Shown here piece by piece: positions 1-7,627 of a stretch of DNA of 32,000 nt (positions are counted from its first letter, which is position 1; every line of letters starts with the position of its first letter). The stretch spans positions 3,990,001-4,022,000 of the forward strand of contig NZ_LN831039.1 of NCBI RefSeq assembly GCF_001457595.1, written 5' to 3'. The notes beneath the pieces were generated by a model, which was not told where the DNA came from, made no database searches, and saw only the letters and a program-made list of their open reading frames with translations. This DNA is from Mycolicibacterium smegmatis (GTDB taxonomy: Bacteria; Actinomycetota; Actinomycetes; Mycobacteriales; Mycobacteriaceae). The position numbers and the translations under genes were made by a program.

Positions 1-729
1 GTCGTCGTGCGCACCGATGCGGGCGACGTCAGGGCCGACGTACTCGTCGGCGCCGACGGCATCGGCTCGGTGGTGCGTGCGGCGCTGCATCCCGGCCCGG
101 ACCCGCTGCGGTTCTCGGGGATCACGATGTTCCGCGGCGCCGGTCGTATGGCGGCGTTCCTCGACGGGCACACGATGGCGATCGTCAAGGGCGACAGGGG
201 CGATCAGGGCGTCGACCTCGTCACGTATCCGATCGCACCGGATCTGGTGAACTGGGTGGTCCAGGTGCCGCAGTCGGCGCCCACGTCGGCCGGGTGGAAC
301 ACCCCCGCGTCGGCGGCGGACGTGCTGCCCCACGTCGCGGGCTGGCGTCTGGACTGGCTCGACGTCGACTCGTTGATCGGGAGCACGCCGCAGATCTTCA
401 CCTACCCGATGGTCGACAAGGACCCGGTGCGACAGTGGGGCCGCGGCGGCCGCGTGACGTTGCTCGGCGATGCCGCACACCCCATGTATCCCGTTGGCGC
501 CAACGGCGGTTCGCAGGCCGTCGTCGACGCGCGGGTGCTGGCCGACCACCTCGCCGAGGCGGGCGTGCGCGGCCTGCGCACCTACGAGGCCGAACGCGCC
601 GACGAGACCGCCGCGGTGATCGTCGCCAACCGCGAGATGCACCGCGCCGCCAACACGCGCTCGGCCACCGAACTCGACCGCGTCACCCGCAAGTACCGCA
701 CCGACACCGCAAGGAGCACCCGAGCATGA
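1..729 (+). CDS. FAD-dependent monooxygenase (salicylate/3-hydroxybenzoate hydroxylase-like), 5' end outside window
   Basis: Open frame 1 from the window edge to TGA 727-729; VLVGADGIGSVVR and GRVTLLGDAAHPMYPVGANGG match the DG and GD FAD-binding motifs of class A flavin monooxygenases. Confidence 0.88.
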   Translation, partial: VVVRTDAGDVRADVLVGADGIGSVVRAALHPGPDPLRFSGITMFRGAGRMAAFLDGHTMAIVKGDRGDQGVDLVTYPIAPDLVNWVVQVPQSAPTSAGWNTPASAADVLPHVAGWRLDWLDVDSLIGSTPQIFTYPMVDKDPVRQWGRGGRVTLLGDAAHPMYPVGANGGSQAVVDARVLADHLAEAGVRGLRTYEAERADETAAVIVANREMHRAANTRSATELDRVTRKYRTDTARSTRA

Positions 730-1397
730 CCACCTTCGTCCTTGTCCCCGGAATGTGCCACGGCGCATGGTGTTTCGACACCGTCACCGCTGCGCTGCGC
801 GCGGCCGGCCATGAGGTGCTGGCCGTGACCCCGACCGGGGTCGCCGAACGCGCACACCTGCAGCACGCGGGCGTCAACCTCGACACCCACATCACCGACG
901 TCGTCGCCGTGGTCGAGGCCTACGCGGCCGAACCGGTGGTTCTTGTCGGGCACAGTTACGGCGGCATGGTGATCACGGGCGCCGCCGACCGGATCCCCGA
1001 CACCGTCGACGCGCTGGTGTACCTCGACGCGGTGGTGCCGCGCGACGGCGAGTCGTGCGCGGATCTGGTGAACGACGAGGAGCGCCGGTGGTACATGGAG
1101 ACCGACGCGTCCGGCTTCGGGGTGCCGCCGCTTGAGTTCTTCGATCCGCGCGCGACCCCGCATCCGCGCGCGAGCGTGCTGCAACCGCTGCGTATCGGCG
1201 TCGACGTGAACCGCTTCCGTCGGCGGGTGTTCGTCTACGCGCGCGACTGGCCGGGCGAATCGCCGCTGCAGGCCTCCTACGACCGCGTCCGCAATGATCC
1301 GAACTGGACGTGCCACGAACTCGACGCCAAGCACAACCTGATGCGCGACGCGCCCGAGGAGCTGCTGCGCATCCTTGTCGACGTCGCCTCCCGATAG
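726..1397 (+). CDS. Alpha/beta hydrolase (SABP2/methylesterase-like)
   Basis: ATGA overlap with the upstream stop; MTTFVLVPGMCHGAWCFD start, GHSYGG nucleophile elbow, C-terminal DAKHNLM catalytic-His region. Confidence 0.85.
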   Translation: MTTFVLVPGMCHGAWCFDTVTAALRAAGHEVLAVTPTGVAERAHLQHAGVNLDTHITDVVAVVEAYAAEPVVLVGHSYGGMVITGAADRIPDTVDALVYLDAVVPRDGESCADLVNDEERRWYMETDASGFGVPPLEFFDPRATPHPRASVLQPLRIGVDVNRFRRRVFVYARDWPGESPLQASYDRVRNDPNWTCHELDAKHNLMRDAPEELLRILVDVASR

Positions 1398-1404
1398 CCG
1401 GGAC

Positions 1405-1428
1405 GAAACTGCAACACGTTTCAGTTTC
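1405..1428. promoter_or_regulatory. Operator-like near-palindrome containing a match to the KstR consensus TnnAACnnGTTnnA
   Basis: gaaactgcaacacgtttcagtttc, 10 of 12 symmetric pairs match; tgcAACacGTTtca at 1410-1423. Confidence 0.45.
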
Positions 1429-1455
1429 TGGGCTCTGATCGTCTAGTCTGACCGT

Positions 1456-1905
1456 GTGCCAGGTGATACCGACGCCGCAACGCAACTACCGGCCATCGAG
1501 GGATGGTGGAGCGCAGACGAGTCCGGCGCCCCCCATCTGATCGGCGGAAAGTGCACGAAATGTGCCACGTACGTGTTCCCGCCGCGGGCCAACAACTGCC
1601 CCAACCCCGCCTGTGACGGCGACGAGCTGGCGCAGGTGCCGCTGTCGCGTCGCGGCAAGGTGTGGAGCTACACCGAGAACCGGTACGCCCCGCCGCCGCC
1701 CTACCCGTCGCCGGACCCGTTCGAGCCGTTCGCCGTGGCCGCCGTCGAACTGGCCGACGAGGGCCTGATCGTGCTGGGCAAGGTCGTCGAGGGCACGCTG
1801 GCCGCGGATCTGAAGGTCGGCATGGAGATGGAGTTGACCACCATGCCGCTGTACACCGACGACGACGGCGTCGAGCGCCTGACCTACGCGTGGAGGATCG
1901 CATGA
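1456..1905 (+). CDS. DUF35 OB-fold/zinc-ribbon protein, probable acyl-CoA-binding partner of the adjacent thiolase-like protein
   Basis: GTG start; CTKCATYVFPPRANNCPNPAC rubredoxin-like zinc ribbon followed by an OB-fold segment; ATGA coupling to the thiolase gene. Confidence 0.85.
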   Translation: MPGDTDAATQLPAIEGWWSADESGAPHLIGGKCTKCATYVFPPRANNCPNPACDGDELAQVPLSRRGKVWSYTENRYAPPPPYPSPDPFEPFAVAAVELADEGLIVLGKVVEGTLAADLKVGMEMELTTMPLYTDDDGVERLTYAWRIA

Positions 1906-3104
1906 GCGCACCCGAACCCGTCTACATCCTCGGCGCGGGTATGCACCCGTGGGGCAAGTGGGGACGTGACTTCACCGAGTACGGCGTCGTCGCCGCGCGC
2001 GCCGCGCTGGCCGAGGCCGGCCTCGACTGGCGCCAGATCCAGCTCGTCGCGGGCGCCGACACGATCCGCAACGGCTATCCCGGGTTCGTCGCCGGCGCCA
2101 CGTTCGCGCAGAAGCTCGGCTGGAACGGCGTTCCCGTCACCTCCAGCTACGCCGCGTGTGCGAGCGGTTCGCAGGCGCTGCAGAGCGCCCGTGCACAGAT
2201 CCTCGCCGGGTTCTGCGACGTCGCGCTCGTCATCGGCGCCGACACCACGCCCAAGGGCTTCTTCGCGCCCGTCGGCGGTGAGCGCAAGAACGATCCGGAT
2301 TGGCAGCGGTTCCATCTGATCGGCGCCACCAACACGGTGTACTTCGCGCTGCTGGCGCGCAGGCGCATGGATCTCTACGGCGCCACGCTAGAGGACTTCG
2401 CGCAGGTGAAGGTCAAGAACGCGCGGCACGGACTCAACAACCCGAATGCGCGTTACCGCAAGGAGGCCAGCGTCGAGGACGTCCTGGCCAGCCCGGTGGT
2501 GTCGGATCCCCTTCGCCTGCTGGACATCTGCGCGACCTCCGACGGTGCGGCCGCGCTGGTGGTGGCGAGCAAGTCGTTCGTCGAGAAGCACCTCGGGTCG
2601 GTCGAGGGTGTGCCGTCGGTGCGTGCGATCAGCCTGCAGTCCCCGCAGTACCCGCAGCATCTTCCCGAGTTGCCCGACATCGCAACGGATTCCACGGCCG
2701 TGGTGAAAGCGCCCGAGCGTGTGTTCAAGGATCAGATCCTCGACGCGGCCTACGCCGAAGCCGGCATCGGGCCCGAGGACCTCAGCCTGGCCGAGGTGTA
2801 CGACCTGTCCACCGCGCTCGAACTCGACTGGTACGAGCACCTCGGGCTGTGCGAGAAGGGTGAGGCCGAGCAGTTGCTGCGCAGTGGCGCCACGACGATC
2901 GGCGGACGCATCCCCGTCAACGCCTCCGGCGGTCTGGCGTGCTTCGGCGAGGCCATCCCCGCGCAGGCCATCGCGCAGGTGTGCGAGCTCACGTGGCAGC
3001 TCAAGGGTCAGGCGACCGGACGCCAGGTCGAGGGCGCCAAGGTCGGCATCACGGCCAACCAGGGGTTGTTCGGCCATGGCTCCTCGGTGATCGTCGCGCG
3101 TTAG
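1902..3104 (+). CDS. Thiolase-superfamily lipid-transfer protein (Ltp-like)
   Basis: SSYAACASGSQAL active-site Cys region, VNASGGLACFGEAIPAQAIAQVCELTWQLKG C-terminal thiolase motif, directly coupled to DUF35. Confidence 0.88.
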   Translation: MSAPEPVYILGAGMHPWGKWGRDFTEYGVVAARAALAEAGLDWRQIQLVAGADTIRNGYPGFVAGATFAQKLGWNGVPVTSSYAACASGSQALQSARAQILAGFCDVALVIGADTTPKGFFAPVGGERKNDPDWQRFHLIGATNTVYFALLARRRMDLYGATLEDFAQVKVKNARHGLNNPNARYRKEASVEDVLASPVVSDPLRLLDICATSDGAAALVVASKSFVEKHLGSVEGVPSVRAISLQSPQYPQHLPELPDIATDSTAVVKAPERVFKDQILDAAYAEAGIGPEDLSLAEVYDLSTALELDWYEHLGLCEKGEAEQLLRSGATTIGGRIPVNASGGLACFGEAIPAQAIAQVCELTWQLKGQATGRQVEGAKVGITANQGLFGHGSSVIVAR

Positions 3105-3158
3105 CGCGTATCGCGTTATCGCGTATCGGCACGGTGCGTTAGGGAGCTGCTCCCCTTG

Positions 3159-3180
3159 CACCGCGAGCGTGCGTGTCTGC
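3159..3180 (+). repeat. Left copy of a 22-bp inverted repeat pair flanking the DUF167 gene
   Basis: caccgcgagcgtgcgtgtctgc; exact reverse complement at 3537-3558. Confidence 0.9.
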
Positions 3181-3237
3181 CGTGCAACACACCGCCCCGC
3201 AGCAGCACTCGGCGCACGCTCGCGCGAAAATGAGCGC

Positions 3238-3465
3238 GTGAGTGAAACCGTCGTCGTCCGCGTCAAACCGGGTAGCCGCAAAGGCCCGCTCGTCGAGACC
3301 GCCGACGACGGCACCCTCACCATCTACGTGCAGGAGCGCGCTGTCGACGGTAAGGCCAACGCGGCCGTCACGAAACTCCTTGCCGCACATCTGGGTGTGC
3401 CGCCGAGTCGCGTCGAGCTGGCCTCGGGTGCGACGGCTCGGCTGAAGCGTTTCCGCATCAGTTGA
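3238..3465 (+). CDS. DUF167/YggU family protein
   Basis: GTG start; VSETVVVRVKPGSRKGPLVE...LTIYVQERAVDGKANAAVTKLLAAHLGVPPSRVELASGATARLKRF matches the family pattern. Confidence 0.85.
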   Translation: MSETVVVRVKPGSRKGPLVETADDGTLTIYVQERAVDGKANAAVTKLLAAHLGVPPSRVELASGATARLKRFRIS

Positions 3466-3478
3466 CGCATCAGTTGAC
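3455..3478 (+). repeat. 12-bp tandem duplication spanning the stop codon
   Basis: gcatcagttgac x2; the second copy also contains an in-frame TGA. Confidence 0.85.
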
Positions 3479-3511
3479 GCACGCTCGGCGGCCGCGAGCG
3501 TGCGTCAACTG
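3471..3511. terminator. 17-bp perfect inverted repeat, 7-nt loop, between converging genes
   Basis: cagttgacgcacgctcg (3471-3487) / cgagcgtgcgtcaactg (3495-3511). Confidence 0.55.
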
Positions 3512-3536
3512 CTGCAAAATCCCGGCGTGGCGGGCA

Positions 3537-3558
3537 GCAGACACGCACGCTCGCGGTG
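3537..3558 (-). repeat. Right copy of the 22-bp inverted repeat pair
   Basis: gcagacacgcacgctcgcggtg, exact reverse complement of 3159-3180. Confidence 0.9.
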
Positions 3559-3590
3559 CCGACGACACCACCCCCGACGGGGGCAGAGAC

Positions 3591-5570
3591 CTAACCCAGG
3601 TTGCGGTTCCACTCGAGCCAGCCGACGCCGGTACGGCCGTCGGCGGTGCGCACGGTGGCCCACGCGCGTGGGAACTGGCTGACCTTGCCCTCGGCGGAGA
3701 CGAGCTTGACCGGGGCGTGGCCCTGGATGTCGACGGTGGCCTCGATGTCGCCGGACTGCAGGGTCAGCGTGGTGGTGACGGGCAGATCGTCGTCGCCGAG
3801 CGTGTGCTGTGCGGTCACGGACTGCAGTTCGACGAGTTCACCGTCGCGCTGCGTGTAGCCGACCCCGAGGGGTGGCATGTTCGGGATACGCAGGTCGACG
3901 CCGTGCAGGTGCGTGCCGTCGTCGAGATGCAGTGCGCTCCAGACCCATTCCATCGACCACCAGTCGCGCACGCCCCACGAGTGGTCGCGCTGGCCGACCA
4001 CGGCCTCAAGCGGATGAACCGTCTCCCCCACGGTGACGGTTCCCGTGACGGTGCACGGGATCTCGTAGCGGGGCGTGATGCGGTACTGGTATGGCGTGCC
4101 GACGGTGGTCCACGTCAGGTCGAGTGTGACGTCGACGGGGGTGCCGGCCTCGCCGCGCAGCAGGGCCGCGGGATCGTCGTAGGCCTGCCCCTGCCCCGAT
4201 GCGGTCACGCGGTAGGTCTGCAACGGCTCGCCGCGCTGCAACGAGAGTTCGACGCCGTCGCCGCAGACCCGCGCGACGTCGGTGGGCAGCGCCGCGTGGA
4301 AGTCGTTGAGCGCCACGGTCGGCAGATCCGGACCGCACACCAGCACGTTGATCCAGGAATGGTCCTGGTTGGGGATCAGCCCCAGGCGGATCCAGCCGCC
4401 GAATCCGGCTGCGGTGTCGACGAAGTCGAAGTACCAGCTCTCGTTCCACAGCGGCTCGTCGCCGGGGGTGTGCGCGTCGTCGTCCTCGGCGGCCGGTTGA
4501 AGCGGCGCGACGGGCACCGGCGGGGCGAGGATGTCGAGCGCGCCGGTGTCCAGCACGTGGCTGCAGTTCCGGTCGAGCATGGTCATGAACATCTGGTCGC
4601 CGCGTTCGGTGCGCTCGACGAGCATCGACGACACGATCGCCATCACCACGCCGAAGAAGCTCTGGCGCCGCACGTCTTCACGCACCTGGTCGAGCGTCAG
4701 CGGCGCGTCCGGTCCGAGTGCCTCGTGGTAGGCCCGCAGCAGCGCGTCGTAGTGTTCGCGGCGCACCTCGGACGGCAGCGAGCTGCCGACGAAGTACGCG
4801 ACGTCGGTCAGCGCGGGACCCCAGGTGACGGTCTGCCAGTCGACGGCGGTCAGCGGCCGGTCGGCACCAGGATCGCCGAACAGCATGTTGTCGAGCCGAT
4901 AGTCGCCGTGCACCAGGCCTTTCGGGCGTTCGTCCTCGGCGGCGAGGTAGCTGTCGAAGCTTTCGACGAGCCGCTCGCACACCTCGCGCTGCTGCGGCGT
5001 GATCATGTCGGCGTAGCGCTCGACGAACGCCGCGTACAGACCCGCGAGCATCGGCTGGCTGACCGGCGCCTCGCGCACGAGCCAGTCGGCGATGGCCGCA
5101 CCGCGCGACGACGCGTGCGCCGCGCCGTGCACGTGCCCCAGCTGTACGAGCGCCAGCGTGGCCTGCTCGACGGTCGCACCCTGCAGTTCGTTGCCGACCG
5201 TCGCAGGCGCGGCATCCCCGAGCAGCAGGTCGAACGCGCCGGTCTGCGGGTCGAAGGCCGAGTGGTAGCACGGTGCGATCGGACCGGCGCCGAGTTGCGG
5301 TGCGATCTCGGTGTAGAACCGCACCTCCCGCTCGTACAGGCCCAATGCCAGGCCGGTCTGACGGCTGTTGGGGTCGGTGGCAGCCACTTTCAGCACCACC
5401 GACGCGGGTCCGTCGGTTCCGTCGGCGTAGCGCAGGGTCACGCGGTAGCACTCGCTCATCTGGCCCGTGCCGATGCGTTCGAAGCTGAAATCGGTGACCC
5501 GCCCGGCGCCGAGTGCGGCGGTCAGCCACTCGCCGGTCAGGTCGTCGGGACGTTCGATGACGGCATTCAT
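3591..5570 (-). CDS. Two-domain protein: N-terminal APH/ecdysteroid-kinase-like phosphotransferase, C-terminal CrtC/tocopherol-cyclase-like (DUF7064/7065-type) domain
   Basis: ATG at 5570 (MNAVIERPDD). Kinase: LVHGDYRLDNMLFGD and AVDWQTVTWGPALTDVAYF. C-terminal region rich in Trp/Gly: ESWYFDFVDTAAGFGGWIRLG, GQRDHSWGVRDWWSMEW. Confidence 0.78.
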   Translation of the reverse strand: MNAVIERPDDLTGEWLTAALGAGRVTDFSFERIGTGQMSECYRVTLRYADGTDGPASVVLKVAATDPNSRQTGLALGLYEREVRFYTEIAPQLGAGPIAPCYHSAFDPQTGAFDLLLGDAAPATVGNELQGATVEQATLALVQLGHVHGAAHASSRGAAIADWLVREAPVSQPMLAGLYAAFVERYADMITPQQREVCERLVESFDSYLAAEDERPKGLVHGDYRLDNMLFGDPGADRPLTAVDWQTVTWGPALTDVAYFVGSSLPSEVRREHYDALLRAYHEALGPDAPLTLDQVREDVRRQSFFGVVMAIVSSMLVERTERGDQMFMTMLDRNCSHVLDTGALDILAPPVPVAPLQPAAEDDDAHTPGDEPLWNESWYFDFVDTAAGFGGWIRLGLIPNQDHSWINVLVCGPDLPTVALNDFHAALPTDVARVCGDGVELSLQRGEPLQTYRVTASGQGQAYDDPAALLRGEAGTPVDVTLDLTWTTVGTPYQYRITPRYEIPCTVTGTVTVGETVHPLEAVVGQRDHSWGVRDWWSMEWVWSALHLDDGTHLHGVDLRIPNMPPLGVGYTQRDGELVELQSVTAQHTLGDDDLPVTTTLTLQSGDIEATVDIQGHAPVKLVSAEGKVSQFPRAWATVRTADGRTGVGWLEWNRNLG

Positions 5571-5636
5571 GGTCGGTTGCACACACGCAACATAGCAGTG
5601 ATCCGACTCACATATGACAGGTGTCAACTTTCTCGG

Positions 5637-7595
5637 CTAGTGGTGCGCGGCCTTGGTATGGGGGTGTGCGCACGCACCCGGCGGCGTGGCCGGAACGTCG
5701 AGGGCAGGGTTGCGGTCGAAGAAGCCGTACGGCTTGAGCCAGAACGACACGATGTCGACGGGCATCACGGGCCAGTCCTCGGGACGGGTGATGTGGTGGA
5801 TGCCGAACACGTACCACAGCACCACGTCGGCGTTGTCGATCGACCGGTTGGCCTTGGTCCACTCCCCGAGGCCGGTGTCGCGGACCGACTGGTTGACGAA
5901 CTCCCCTGCGGGCCACCGCTCGTCGGGGTGGTTGGGCGTCACCCACAGCGTGTGCCCGATGACGTTGGCACGCTGCAGCACAGGTGATTCCGGGTCGAGC
6001 ATGGGCGGAATGGCCCCGGTGGGCACCAGCTTGTACGACGGGTGCGTGCCCAGACCGTTGACGACGTTGGTGTTGACCACCTTCCACGCCCGCTGCGTCG
6101 CGAAGTTGACGTCCTGTATGCCGTCGGCCTCGGTGCGCAGTGCCTCGTTGCGCACGACCACCGACAGCCCGTACGGGTTGTCGGGGCCGATGGGTGCGGC
6201 GTACGACTCGGTCATGTAGACGGTGTTGTCCGGGCCGTCGATGTCCAGATCGAGCCGCGCGATCAGGAAGTGCTGGTGGTAGGGCGCATACGTGCGTTCG
6301 TCGACCAGCGCGCCGTTGGGATGCGCGTCGGCGCCTGCGGGCAGCGGCGTGGTCACCATGATGCCCGTGGCGCGGACCTCGCACTCGATGTTGCCGTCCT
6401 GGTACAGCCGCCAGTACACGAGGTACTCGTAGTTGGCGACCGTGACGTGGAACGACAGTGTGAGCCTTCGCATCCGGCGCACCTCGGCACCCGCGTCGTG
6501 GTCGACGTGCTTCCACAGCACGGCGTTGTCTTCCTCGTGGATGCAGATCGCGTTGGTGATCGTGTACGGCTCACCCTTGCTGTTGTGCAGCACCGCGTCG
6601 AGATAACGGATCTCACCGAGGCAGTCGCAGCCGAGGTCGAGCGACGTGGTCATGAAACCCAGGCCCCACTCGCCGATGTCGAACGCAGTGCGACGGTAGT
6701 GGTCCACCGAGGGATCCCGGTACGGCACGACCATCTCGGCGAACGACAAGCGGTGTGCCACCGAACGGTTCACCGCACCGTCGCGGTAGCGCACGGTGTG
6801 CAGCGTCATGCCCTCGCGATGGTTGAAACCGATTCGCAGCGACCAGTTCTGCCACTGCAACAGGTTTCCGTCGAGGGTGAACGACGGCCCGTGGGGCTGC
6901 GTGATCTCCAGCGGTTTGAGCGGTTCGCGTGTCGAGGCCGCGCGGATGCGCTCGGGGATGTGCCGTGGCACGTATTCGCCCATGACGTCGGGTCTTTCGT
7001 TGGTGCCGTCGTCCTCGACGCGCAGCACCTCCATGGCGTTGAGATCGATCACGCAGTGCAGGCCGCTGACCGGGTGGGCATAGGGGTTGGCGCCTGCCGT
7101 GGACTTGTACCAGGTGTCCGACCAGCCGATGCGGCGGTCGGCGTACTCGGGTGGCGCGACGGCCGCACCGTAGGTCCAGGTGTCCATGAACACGTTGTCC
7201 ATGTCGGTGATGCCGCGTCGCGCCAGCGCCGCGATCACATCGGGGTGGCTGCGCAGGATCTGATCGCATTCGGCGAACTCGTCGACCGTGAAATTGGCTT
7301 GTACGCCCGGGATGTGGGTGAAACTCTCCACCCGGTCGTCGGTCAGCGACACGAAACCCTTGTAGGTGGCGTTGGCCGACCGGTCCAGGCAGATGACGGC
7401 GGCGCGCCGCGCCGGCGCGGGCCCGCCCTCGTCGTATGCGGCCAGTTCGGCCTTGGACGGTTCGGCCAGTTCGACCGAGGCGATCCGCCAACCCTCTCCG
7501 ACCCCGTGTTCACGCCGCAGTATCGCTGCGACCGCGGTGAACTCGTCGGCCGACAGCGGATCCAGTGGGTAGTCCACACGATCACGCAACCACAC
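5637..7595 (-). CDS. Copper-containing primary-amine oxidase
   Basis: TVANYEY matches the T-x-x-N-Y-[DE] topaquinone motif; YHQHFLIARLDLDIDG and GIHHITRPEDWPVMP are typical. GTG start at 7595 chosen; no signal peptide evident. Confidence 0.92.
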   Translation of the reverse strand: MWLRDRVDYPLDPLSADEFTAVAAILRREHGVGEGWRIASVELAEPSKAELAAYDEGGPAPARRAAVICLDRSANATYKGFVSLTDDRVESFTHIPGVQANFTVDEFAECDQILRSHPDVIAALARRGITDMDNVFMDTWTYGAAVAPPEYADRRIGWSDTWYKSTAGANPYAHPVSGLHCVIDLNAMEVLRVEDDGTNERPDVMGEYVPRHIPERIRAASTREPLKPLEITQPHGPSFTLDGNLLQWQNWSLRIGFNHREGMTLHTVRYRDGAVNRSVAHRLSFAEMVVPYRDPSVDHYRRTAFDIGEWGLGFMTTSLDLGCDCLGEIRYLDAVLHNSKGEPYTITNAICIHEEDNAVLWKHVDHDAGAEVRRMRRLTLSFHVTVANYEYLVYWRLYQDGNIECEVRATGIMVTTPLPAGADAHPNGALVDERTYAPYHQHFLIARLDLDIDGPDNTVYMTESYAAPIGPDNPYGLSVVVRNEALRTEADGIQDVNFATQRAWKVVNTNVVNGLGTHPSYKLVPTGAIPPMLDPESPVLQRANVIGHTLWVTPNHPDERWPAGEFVNQSVRDTGLGEWTKANRSIDNADVVLWYVFGIHHITRPEDWPVMPVDIVSFWLKPYGFFDRNPALDVPATPPGACAHPHTKAAHH

Positions 7596-7627
7596 CGGCG
7601 CGGGTTCGCGCAGCGGATCGCCGCAGA

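Noticed and set aside
3462-5987. 841-aa plus-strand ORF
   Set aside because: Antisense to the kinase fusion gene, crosses an intergenic region, no recognisable domain.
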